Shown here in pieces: positions 52,954-64,000 of a stretch of 64,000 nt of DNA. Each line of letters starts with the position of its first letter. Position 1 is the first letter of the stretch. The notes beneath the pieces were generated by a model that saw nothing but the letters and a program-made list of their open reading frames with translations, was not told the DNA's origin and did no database searches. Where the stretch lies: the NCBI GenBank assembly GCA_050273025.1, contig CP158635.1, positions 21,700,001 to 21,764,000 of the forward strand. The letters are read 5' to 3'. A program made the position numbers and the translations under genes. Origin of the DNA: Cenococcum geophilum (taxonomy: Eukaryota).

Positions 52954-55900
52954 TGTTACGGACGCTTTAAGTACGATGTTATGACTACTTAGAGAGGAGT
53001 CGGAAGAAGCTAGTTAGTTAATTTAGGCACAGTCTAGGATGGAGCCGATAGAACTATGTGACGAGGAATGGTAACTAAGGTCACGTGGAGTGATCTATAT
53101 AATCTATACGATCTATGGGATCTGTAATAGAGTAGATAGAGCACATATATATTACATACAAGAAGGATTTTATAGGAGTACGGTTGTGTATTTAAGGACC
53201 CTTAGTCCCTACCTAGATAGTTCCTTCCTTGTAGTAATTTTTAGAATATAATTAGAGTTAATTTATTAGGCAACCACTCCACCAGTTGTTATTACGTTGT
53301 TAACTTTTATACTTATATTTCCTACATACCTAGCCCAATAACGAGCCTATCGTAGTTCCTGCTATAAGGTTCCGTTATATAATTACTACCTAGTTATAGT
53401 ATTAATATAAGAAGTCAAACAACATGCCACTAAAAGCAGCCACTACAACGCTATTAACGGTAGCAACTACTTTAAGATCAGGTAACGACACCAGCATGGC
53501 AGATACTAACTCTTAGCAACCAGTAACGGTCGGATAATTACAAGAGATAGTTAACTAGTTAATAACTAACAATATAGTGTTAGAAGAAAGACTTAACGGG
53601 ATAGGAGCGGCAAAAATTAAGCTACTATTAATTAAGAGATTTATAGGGGAAAGATTAAAGCTTAAAGGATTTCTTACGCAGATATATTTTAAGGTCTCGC
53701 AGAAAGGAGTAAAGTTACCAATACCTGTAAATCGGATAGCCTATATAGGACTATTCTTATTAGGAAAAGCACTTAAGTGGTTTAAACCTTATCTTACGGA
53801 GATATAGGCAAATAGAATAACGACCACTAACTAAGACGTGCGATTTATATTCTTAAGTTAGAAAGGATTCGCAGAGCGACTTATACAGATATTTGGAGAC
53901 CTGGAAGAAATAACTATAGCAGAAAGAAAACTCCAGAACCTCATATAATAAACTTTAGTAATTAAGTATATAACATAGTTCTAGACACTAGTAATATAAG
54001 TAGAGTGGAATAATAAGGCGCTTATGGCACAGTATAAGTAAGGACTTAAGGCTAAAGTCTAGGACGTAATTATTCTAATAGAAGATACGGACACCCTAAG
54101 GGAACTATTAAATTAGTTAATTAAGATTAACAATTAGATCTACCAAAGGGAATAGGCTAAGAGAGGTTAGGATAGAGTTTTATAGTTATATAAGGCGCAG
54201 AGTACGCAATAACAAAAGCTAAGTTAGAAACTATAGTATAGCGTAAAGCTAATAGACCTAAGTAGTACTAGAGAAGCCTATAAAAATTAGAGTAAGAAAC
54301 TATAGAAACCTAGAGGATAAGGATTAAGTAATTAAAGGTCTAAGGAGCAGAGGCCGAATTAGGGATCTTAACAGTAGAAGACATTTAGGCGGACTCTATA
54401 GCAAGAAAAATAGTTTAAAAAGGGAGCTTATATAAATTACGGAAAATAGGGTTATTACGTTAGAGACTATAGAAGTAGGTAGAGTTACTATATAGTAAAA
54501 GGCATAAGACTAGCAGACGATATACATATATAGAGGGACGATAATATACTGCGAGGAACAAAAGAATATTTAATTAGAAGTTTTACGTTTTATTATAATA
54601 ACGCATGCCGAATTTATAAGGACGCTAAGTATAGCGTAAGCTATTAGCTATAGGAGCCAGCACCTATAGGATATAGAGGAACTAATAAACCAGCTCGCAG
54701 ATTAAATATTAAGGATGATGATTTTAATATAGGCGAAGCATTCCGTAATAATAAGGCAATAAAAGCGGTCTACTGGGGACACGCAGCCATCGGAGATGTT
54801 ATACTAGAGGTAGAGGATAATTCCACTACAGAATAGGGAACATTAGTGGGGATTAAGACACCACTAGATATAATGTCTATCGCTTTATAAGACGCAAGAG
54901 AAGTAGGATAGCGAACCACTTTAGCACTCAATAAAGGCAAAAGGCTAAAGGCTTAAGATTTTTACAGCGAGATAAGAGATAACTAAGATTCTTAAGATGA
55001 GATAAGGTAAGCTTAAGGACCTATAATAGACAATAACTGATAGAGCAGAGCAATAGCTTAGTTTAGTAATATATAAATAAGCTTAGGACGAAGTTTCCTA
55101 AAGGTATAAAACTCTTAAGATGAGATAAGTGAGATTTAAGACTCTTAAGATAAAATAAGAATACTAAGTAAGCCTAGTTGGACTAAGGCTAGAGCAAAGC
55201 TTAAGTTAGAAGCAAGCTCAGGATTAAAGAATCTAAAGGGTCAAGAATTTGGAGTATAAATTAGGACACCCATAAGTAAGAGGTAAGGAGCTTCTTTATA
55301 GATTAGAGAATCTATAGCGTAAACAGTAATTAAACTAAGAGACGAATATATAGACCTAAAAGACTTACTAGTAAAATATATTATTCGGACTAAAGATCAA
55401 AGAGTTAATACTAAGATTAAGAAGTAAGAGAACTTTGAGAATCTAAGCGCAAGACGCAAACTAAAAGAAACTATAGAAGAGTTTAGACAAAGAATCATCG
55501 CATAGTAAGAACAGAAACTAGATAAGAGATCTAGTATATTAGGACGTATAAAGGACAGAGCACTAGTATAAAGAATTACTAATAGGCCTAGGGTAGGTAT
55601 ACTAAGAGCTAAGTGGCTTACTAAATTAGAAGATAAAGAGGATCTAGGAATCCTAACTAGGTTTAAAAAACAATATATAAAAGGCTGTTATAATATAGTA
55701 ATAAGAAGATACTTCCTTACGGACAAGCCGTATATACTCTAGTAGCTATACTAAAAGTAGTATAGGCAAAGGCATAATAATAAGTGGGAAGATTTCTATA
55801 TATGGTTAGATAAGAAAGTTATCTAGGACCACCTAATTATAAAAAAGGCCATAAATTATATTAAAGGAGCCTTAATTATAACGTTAAAGGATCTAGAGGA

Positions 55901-58900
55901 ACGTTTAGAGGACTAGAGAAGTAAGAGACGCATCTTAATACCTATAAATAAAGTTATAACGTTTAGATTAGCATAATAGAGGTTTAAACTTAAAGATAAA
56001 GACGAGCCAAGAGTTAACCTAAAGCACCTAGTACACTACACGTTATCATAGATTGCGTATATAGACGACATATATAAGATGTATAAGAATCTAAAAGAAA
56101 AGAATCGGAAATACCCTATAAGGATATACTGGATGACAGACAAGCGATAGTATAGGAATGCCAAATATATATATAGATGGCATCCAGCAGAGGTCCAAGA
56201 GGAAGGAAGTTTAGTACTTTAACTAGGAAGATTCCTTATAGAAGAATGCTTAGATAGACAATAGTGGTGGGAATGCCTAGAAAACATGTATCTATAGTAT
56301 ATTAAAGATAAAAAGTGAACTAGGCATTAGCTAAAGAATGAGCTAAGTGTAATAGGATTAAGCAGCTAATAGTTAGGAAAAGTAGAGGCCTATAGGACTA
56401 GAGGGAGCTAGTGGTAGAGCCTTAGACCCTTAAAGGAATTTAAGGACAACACCTAAATTTATAAGTTAAATAGTAAGATTAGCAGTTCAAAGCGCTAATA
56501 GATAGTGGAGTAATAAGGAACTATATCTTACTAGTAGTAGTTAAGAGAATAGAATTACCTTATAGACAAAAGGAGGAACCTTACCTATTAGTAACAATTT
56601 TAGGAGATCCGATAGCCTATGGAGGAGGTATTATTAATCTTAAAATAGGACCTATTTAGATAACTATTAAAGGGAGATAAATTAAGATATCTTTCGATAT
56701 CCTACTATTAGGAAGGGATAAGGCAGTATTAGGGATGCCTTAGTTATAGGAATACAATCTAAGGATCGATTAGATTACAGGTTAAGTTAATATTAGAGAT
56801 ACTTAACGCTATAAAATGTAATAATAAGCCAAGTTAGTATAGTACTAAGTAGGAGCAACTTATAAAGAAATAAAAAAAGGACTAAGTTATATACTAAAGA
56901 GATACTATAAGTATGGCAAGAAACTATAGTTACTAGAAAGTAAAAAGCTGTTAAAGTATATAGTATAGGACTATAAGATAGAATTGGAACTAGGAATAAG
57001 TCTAAAGTTCTTTCTAATCTATAAGCTTACTAAAGAAGAAGGTAGAGTACTAAAAGAGTTTGTTTAGGAGAACTTATAAAAGGGATATATTAGACCATTA
57101 TAGTTATTAGTAGATTATCCAGTACTGTTCGTACTAAAGAAAAATAGCAAACTAAGGCTGTGTATTAACTATAGACAGTTAAACAGCATTACTAGAAAGG
57201 ATAGGTATCTTTTACCCTTAATTAGCGAGATTTAAGATAGAATAGGTAATGCGTAAATCTTTACGAAGATAGATCTGAGATCGGCGTACTATTAGATTAG
57301 AATTAAGGAAGGCAACGAATAGAAGGCAGCCTTTAGGTTAAAGAAAGGACTATATAAGCCATTAGTTATACAATTTAGGCTTATAAACGCACTAGTAATA
57401 TTCTAAAAGCATATTAACAATATATTAGGAGAGCACTTGGATGAATTTATTATGGTATACCTTAACGATATTATTATCTACTTAATAACTAAGGAAGAAC
57501 ACAGAGAACACGTTAAATAGGTCTTAAAGAGACTATAAGAAGAATAGATGCTAGTAGTAATTAAGAAATGCGAGTTCTTTACTAGGAAGACCGATTTTAT
57601 TAGATTTATTATTAAACTAGGCTAACTTAGCATAGATTTAAAGAAGATTAAGGCCATAGTGAATTGGTAAGAACTAGAGAACGTTACGTAGTTAAGATTG
57701 TTTTTAGGGTTTTGTAATTACTGCAGAAGGTTTATAGCATAATAGTTAAAGAATATTAAGCCGTTTACGCGATTAATAAAGAAAGAAGAACCATGGGTAT
57801 GGGGAGAGGAATAAAGAAAACTCTTTAAGAAAGTTAAAGAGTTGTTTACCTAGGAGCCAGTTCTTAAAATCTATTAACTAGGACTAGAGACGGTTATAGA
57901 GATAGATATATTAGACTATATACTAGGGGCATACTTTATATAAAGATATTAAGATAGATAGCACCTAGTAGCATATTACAGTTAGAAGATAACACCACTA
58001 GAGTTAAACTATGACATTTATAATAAGGAGTTATTAGGTATAGTTACAGCATTAAAGAAATAGAGAGCATTCTTGCAAGGCACAGAGAAACTATTTATAG
58101 TTAAGACGGATTATAAGAATCTAATAGGATTCCTAACAATAAAGGAACTTAATTAAAGATAGGTTAGATAGGCAGAGATGCTTGCGGAATACTATTTTAA
58201 GATTTAGTATACTAAGGGTATAGATAATATAAGGGCAGATACTCTAAGTCGTAAAGCTAAACTATAGAACAATAAGAAGCCATTAGGGGCTTTACTATAA
58301 AAAGACATAGATGGATTAATTAGGTATAATTATCCGAAAATTATAGCAACTTAGGAAGAGTTAGAAAAAGTCTATAAGATATTAGAAAGCTTTTAGGTAT
58401 AAAGGATTCTAAAAGCATAACTAGAAGATTTATAAATAGATATATACAAAAATCAAGAAGCGAAGTACATCCTAAAAAGTATAGCAGAGCAGTTTATAGA
58501 AGACTTTTATAAGGGACTAACTTAAGGACATAATAAAGCTACGGGCTTAGTGTTAAGACTTTAGGAGGAGTATATTATTAATAGGATCTAGAGGATAGCC
58601 AGAAAGGTTACTAAAAAGTATTTAGATTACTAAAGAAATAAACTAATAAGGTATAAGCTATATAGAGGGCTATAACCTATTAAAACACCAGAGAGACTAT
58701 AGGAGGTTATATTATAGGACTTTATTATTAAGTTACTAAAATTAAGAGATCCTATTACCAGATAAGATTATAACGCGATCTTAGTAATAGTAGATAAGCT
58801 TACAAAGTAGGGATACTTTATAGCATATATAAAAGAAATCTTAGCGGAAGATGTCGCTAGAATCTATATTAAAGAAGTATTTATAAAATATAGAGCACTA

Positions 58901-60924
58901 AGTAAGATTATATCGGATAGAGATCTAAGATTCGTAGCAGTATTCTAGGAGGTATTCTTAGCAGAGCAAGGAGTTTAAGCAGTAACTTCTACCGCATATT
59001 ATCCGCAGACAGACGGTTAAATGGAAAAATTAAATTAGATACTAGAACAGTATCTAAGGCATTATATTAATTATATATAGAATAATTAGGTATCGCTATT
59101 ACTAGTTATATAGTTTGCATATAATGCAACACCTTAAGAAGGAATAGGTATATTACTATTTAAGGCGAATTATGGATATAAGCTAAGGACATTATTATTA
59201 CTACGGTAAGTAAAGAAAATAAGTAGTATAGCTAAAGAGAGAATAAAGACGTTAATAAATCTTTATGCAGACCTTATAGAATTAGCAAAGAAAGTATAAG
59301 AGAGAATAAAAAAGTACTATAATGCTAAGAGATCTAAGGGACCAGATCTTAAGGAGGGAGATAAAGTATAGCTACTATATAAAAATTTTAAAAGTTAACG
59401 ACTAAGCAAGAAGTTAAACTATGTTAGACTAGGACCTTTCGAAATTATATAGAGGATTTTACTAGTTACGTTTAAGTTAAACCTACCAGCCAAAATAAAG
59501 ATCTACCCTATATAGTATATTGCAATGCTAGAGCTAGTACACAGGAATATTAAGCTACTAGTTTACGAAGCAGACACGTATAGAGGATAGGAAGAAGATA
59601 AATAGCAAGTTTTGAAGATCGTTAGTTATAAGGACATTGACGATAAAACATAGTATAAGGTTAAGTGGATAGGTTATAACGAGACTACCTAAGAGCTACT
59701 AGAAAATTTAAAAAATGCTATAGGAAAGGTACAGGAGTATTGGAAGAGATTAGGTTAGGCAGCATTAACAAAAAAGGATCGCCAAAGAATAAGTTACCTA
59801 AGGGGGACCTAAGAAGAGCAGTTGCCGAGCTATTTAGATCTATTTCCTTCTCTATTAGAAGAGAATCCGTTCTTTTATTACTAAGTTTCTATAAACCTTA
59901 TTTTATAAGTTTCCACTCCTTAGAACGAACCTTCTTACGCACCTTCTTAAGACGGATTAATTAAGCGGATGCCGCAAGACGAGATTCTAGAGCCCGTTAT
60001 TAAGCATCGGCAGCTTCTTATTCAGCATTATAAGAGCGGCGCAGTTCCGCCAGAGTAATAGACAGTTTATTATCTAGCCGCGCAGCAGCAGATTAAACAT
60101 AAGACCCTAAAATAAATTAATTAGGGAACCAGACGACTATTAAAAGCAATAGGTCGCGTATATTTAGCATTAGAGATAGAGTAAACATTATAGGACGAAT
60201 GAATATTCGCTTTAGTGCACTCTAAATAAAAGGACGGTTATTATAAAGATAGGTTCGCTAACGCAATATAAACTAACCCCTTTTTCGAACAGCAAGAATA
60301 TAGAGATGGTATAATCTCACTAAGAGACAATATCGCAGTAATAGTGCGAGCACGACGAGTAGTTAAGGAAGAAGAAATTGCTTTAGGTATAATAAGCAAT
60401 AATATTAACTAAATTAATTAGACGGACATTATACCCCTAGTAAACAACTTAGAGATATTTTAAATCTTTAAGAATAAAGATAAAGAGGAGGGAGATAGTG
60501 TTATAGACGCTTTAAGTACAATATTATAACTACTTAGAGAGGAGTTAAAAGAAGCTAGTTAGTTAATTTAGGTACGGTCTAGGATGGAGCCGATAGAGCT
60601 ATATAACGAGGAATGGTAACCAAAGTCATATGGGGTAATCTGTATAATCTATATAATCTATAGGATCTATAACAGAGTAGATAGAGTACACGTATATTAC
60701 GTATAAGAAGGATTTTATAGGAGTACGGTTGTGTATTTAAGGACCCTTAGTCCCTACCTAGATAGTTTCTTTCTTGTAGTGATTCTCAGAATATAATTAG
60801 AGTTAATCTGTTAGGCAACCACTCCACCAGTTATTATTACGTTGTTGACTTTTGTACTTGCATTTCCTACACATCTAGCCTAATAATGAGCCTATCGTAG
60901 TTCCTGCTACAAGGTTCCGTTACA
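52954..60924 (+). mobile_element. Full-length chromoviral Ty3/Gypsy element, RIP-inactivated
   Basis: 426-bp LTRs at 52954-53379 and 60499-60924; TSD ATAAT (52949-52953, 60925-60929); PPT 60477-60498. Gag from ATG 53424 with knuckle ~54430; protease (LGMP*L); RT ([18 protein letters not shown]); RNase H; integrase (YYPQTDG*ME); chromodomain ~59590-59745. Confidence 0.96.
59720..60390 (-). pseudogene. Antisense two-exon accessory gene of the Gypsy: Zn(II)2Cys6-like cluster + coiled coil
   Basis: Exon 1 60390-60162, 55-nt intron 60161-60107, exon 2 from 60106 in frame. De-RIPed spacing CX2CX6CX13CX2CX8C, then ARLDNKLSITLAELRRSY..ALESRLAASA*LIRLKKVRKKVRSKE. Confidence 0.7.
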
Positions 60925-62164
60925 ATAATTACTATACTTTTATTTTTTTAACTATAGGTGGGTTATAAGTTTATACTAAACCCTATATTTACTTTGGAGC
61001 ATATCCTAAATAGTAATAACTTTATAATAGTTAGTAACCTAAGTAAGGCCCTAATTACGGCATAGGGCATTAAATATCTTATAACTAAGCGTGTCCCTAA
61101 GGTTAAAATCTCCCGAAAAATTAATACTCTACATTACCTATAGTAAGGAGGTAATAGTTTCTATATTAAGCGCTAAATTGCGCTATTTAATAACTTTATA
61201 GATCTCCCGCGTATTAATTACTTTAACTATAATATTGCTAAGTATAGGAAGAACTTAGTTAATAATACCCTTAAGGCCGTTTTACTGCTACTTAATAAAG
61301 AGTAAATAGGTGCCTATACTGCGCTTAAATATATAATAGGCGGTATTTTGCTAATATAAGGCCCTAGTAGTGTTGGGAAATTAACCTTTCTAACTATTTT
61401 AGTACGATACTAGTATTAACTTAGGTTGCCTTAGTAGGATCCTACTAGAATCTAGGTCTTATTACTACTTAATTACTAACTAAATATACTAGCTAAGGTA
61501 ATTAATAATGCGCTTATAGAGGACTATAAGGTACTAATTACGTAAGGCCGTCCCACTAAATTTCCTATCGTTCTTTACTGCTATATATGCTTAATGGAAA
61601 CTAAGGTCTATAAGTAGGATACTATTATATAGTAAATAGCGGCAGGCATTAATACTTGTCTTAAGTATTTTAAGGAATAGGATAACTATGCTATAATTAA
61701 TAAAGACGCGTCTATGCTAAATATAGCATTCCTGCTCTACTATACGTTTAAGGCTAGTAATACTACTAGCTTTAATAAGCGGTTATAGGTTATAGATTTA
61801 TCTAAAGGTTAATAGTTATTACGTCTTATAGGTATCCTAAATAGTAATGGAAACCTATATTCTATTACGGACCCTAATATAACTAAATATACTAAATTCC
61901 GCCAATACTTATACTAATTTACGTTTGGTAATAATATAACGCAAAATAATAAGATAGGATTAACACTTGCGGCTAATATAGTCATCGCAGACCTAGCTAG
62001 AAAGGCTAATATTATTCTTATAATACCCAATATAGTCTCGCAGACTTATATATATTCTATTAGCGCTATATGCGTAGTTTTCTATAATAAGGCTAAGAAG
62101 GCGTCTAAGCTAAGTAGTCTTGCTAGGTTTGCCTAGAGTAGACTATATTTAATCTAGGGAGGTC

Positions 62165-64000
62165 TTTTTTATTTTTATTTTTATATCCGTTGTATTATAC
62201 TACGTATAATACTACGCATGCAGCCTCTAAGCTATGGCGCTATAGTTTTATATATATGAATCCTTTCTAGGCAGCTTAATATATACTAGTAACTATGTCC
62301 TAGTAGTTTATAAATCCCTAACTAGGGATTTACAGCTTCCTAGTAAATACTAGGTTGCTAGCAACTATTAGGTAGTGAGAAAACGGTAGGAAAATACTAG
62401 AAAAAATTGAAATAAAAGTAATCCTAACGCCTGTTCCTGTCCTATTTGTAGTTTATTTCTATTCTTTTGCTTTCTATAGTCTATCTACTAGGACTCTAGT
62501 AGGAGTTACCTCCTTTTAGAGATCCTACTGCTCTTAGCCACTTTCTAATAGCTATTTTTGTCCTACTTAGAAATAGAAAAAGCGCCCCTCTTCCTTTTTT
62601 TGTGCAAAAGAGCTTCTTTAGGGAGAGAGAAGAGCCTATTTGTCTTTGTATTTCCTTTCTATCTTCCCAATATAGTCTGCATTCTAGTAATAGATGCGTA
62701 GGGGTTTGTACCGCGGTACAGTCCCTAAAGCATCTACCTTCTTTATCCTTCCCTATTGTTTTAGAAAAGGATTTAAAGAAGCCTTTTCCTACTTTTAGTT
62801 GAAAGAGAGCCGATTGTAGCCTTTTAGGATATTTATCCTTAGGGGCTTTAAAAGAAAAGGGGTAGTTTCCTTTACAGATTCTAGTATAGTGTTTTCCTTT
62901 ACTTTTATTCTGTTGCCAATTGTCTTTCTACTATTCTAGTATCTTTTCTCTTGCTTGTCTCCCTAAGTAGGCTAGAGAAGTATAAGAAGATTATAGTTTT
63001 CTTTTAGAGAGGCCCTTTTTAGCTAGCTTATCTGCTATTTCGTTTCTATAGATTCCTAAATAGCTAGGAACCCAATAAAAGTTAATAGAGATACCCTTAC
63101 TAGCTAAGTAAGAACAGCTTTACGTAATTTTAAAGACTAGCTCTTGTCCCCCTGTAAGAGAATTAAGCTATAATCTCTTAATAGCCGCTTGGCTATCTAT
63201 AAAGATATAGACTTATTTCTCTTCTAGTCTTTATTATTTTAGGTGTTCTAGGGCCCTATAGACTGCATAAAGCTCTGCGTTTATAATTTCCATATAGGGT
63301 CCTAGATTCCAGTTTGTTGCATATTTAATCCTATTTCTCTCCCCTATTTTACATACAGCAGCTGCATTTAATTTACTATCTTTAGAGCCATCTATATAGT
63401 ATATATCTACTAGGTCCCACTCTAGGGATTCTTATAAATTTTCTACTGGTCTTAGATGTTCTTATACAGCTTCTACTTTACTATTCTTCGAGATAGAGGA
63501 AGATGCAGATATAGGAGGAGACCATGGTTTTTGCCACTCTAGAGAGATTTTCTCTATTTTCCAGTTCTGAACTAGCTGCTAAACCCTAGATACTAGGGAT
63601 AGTAGCTGTGTTTTTGGCTGTAGTAAGTGCCTTATAGTAGAGTTTTTAAAACTAGAATCAGAGCTAGTTGTTAGTTCATCCTTGTCTTTATTATTCTCTT
63701 CTATATAGGCCTTCTTAATTACATGGTTTTCCTTAAATTTTAGGATTCTTAATGCGTAGCTATTACAAAGCTTTTCGAATCTAATTCTAGGAGGAGGGAT
63801 AGAGGCTTCAATCTCTATAGCTTGGCTAGGAGATCCTCTAAACGCTCCTAAAACTAGTTTTAGGGCCTTATTTTATAGAGACTGGTACCTAGCCAGTAGG
63901 TAGTCTCTAGATTTGCTTTTCCACCAGCATTATATTCTATAGTCTGCTATAGTAGTAACACAGGCTATATAGAGCTGCTGTAGGGCTTATAGAGATAGAC
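62165..64000 (-). mobile_element. 3' part of a Tad1-like LINE with RNase H; continues past the right edge
   Basis: T-rich tail 62165-62182. Minus strand YYIDGSK..AAAV, AELYAVYRAL, IFIDSQAAI, FYWVPSYLGIYRNEIADKLAKKG, and C-terminal CFRDCTAVQTPTHLLLEC. Confidence 0.93.

Larger units (their letters stand above)
51283..62164 (+). pseudogene. Zinc-knuckle + Upf1/DNA2-like SF1 helicase gene, RIPed; split by the Gypsy (52954-60924) and cut by the LINE at 62165
   Basis: Four CCHC-spaced repeats at 51498-51720; LNKE*IGA..ILLI*GPSSVGKLT (de-RIP QGPGGVGKST, Walker A, 61360-61386); motif Ia-like V..P.N..LD.LA after de-RIP (~61455-61495); VVFYNKAKKASKL (de-RIP VVFHDEA..ASEP, Walker B, 62074-62112). Confidence 0.75.

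Noticed and set aside
61290..62164. Helitron Rep/PIF1 helicase
   Set aside because: GPGG is PIF1-like, but no HUH Rep motifs are seen upstream, and motif Ia and DEA..ASEP are Upf1-like. Not fully excluded without an HMM search.
2675..62802. Short ORFs in the supplied track as real genes
   Set aside because: They are stop-free fragments of RIPed TE proteins (e.g. 11033, 43416, 53577, 30800) or antisense shadows of them.
1..64000. Alternative genetic code with TAA/TAG as sense codons
   Set aside because: Stops replace both Gln and Trp codons and come with G-to-A changes at catalytic residues; sister LTRs differ mainly by transitions. This is RIP.

Overview
Eukaryotic DNA, most likely a filamentous ascomycete. 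The window is an AT-rich transposon cluster heavily mutated by repeat-induced point mutation (RIP): CpA/TpG are depleted, TpA is abundant, and Gln/Trp codons have become TAA/TAG stops, so I found no intact gene. Left to right: a Crypton-type tyrosine-recombinase element; a PIF/Harbinger element; a ~0.9 kb un-RIPed island; a Fot1/pogo element split by a full-length Tad1-like LINE; a DIRS/Ngaro fragment; the 3' end of an LTR element with an antisense spliced Cys-rich gene; a multi-level nest (GalEa-type Copia inside GalEa-type Copia, plus a MITE, a gag-only mini-Copia and a pogo/Tigger-like transposon); Gypsy and Copia remnants; and a large RIPed block of non-TE, intron-containing genes, including a zinc-knuckle + Upf1-like SF1 helicase, invaded by two LINEs and a full-length chromoviral Gypsy. 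The most interesting signals are antisense, intron-containing Zn(II)2Cys6-like accessory genes in the 3' region of two different LTR retrotransposons, and the apparently multi-copy block carrying the helicase. All protein readings are manual translations; 'de-RIPed' readings are inferences.
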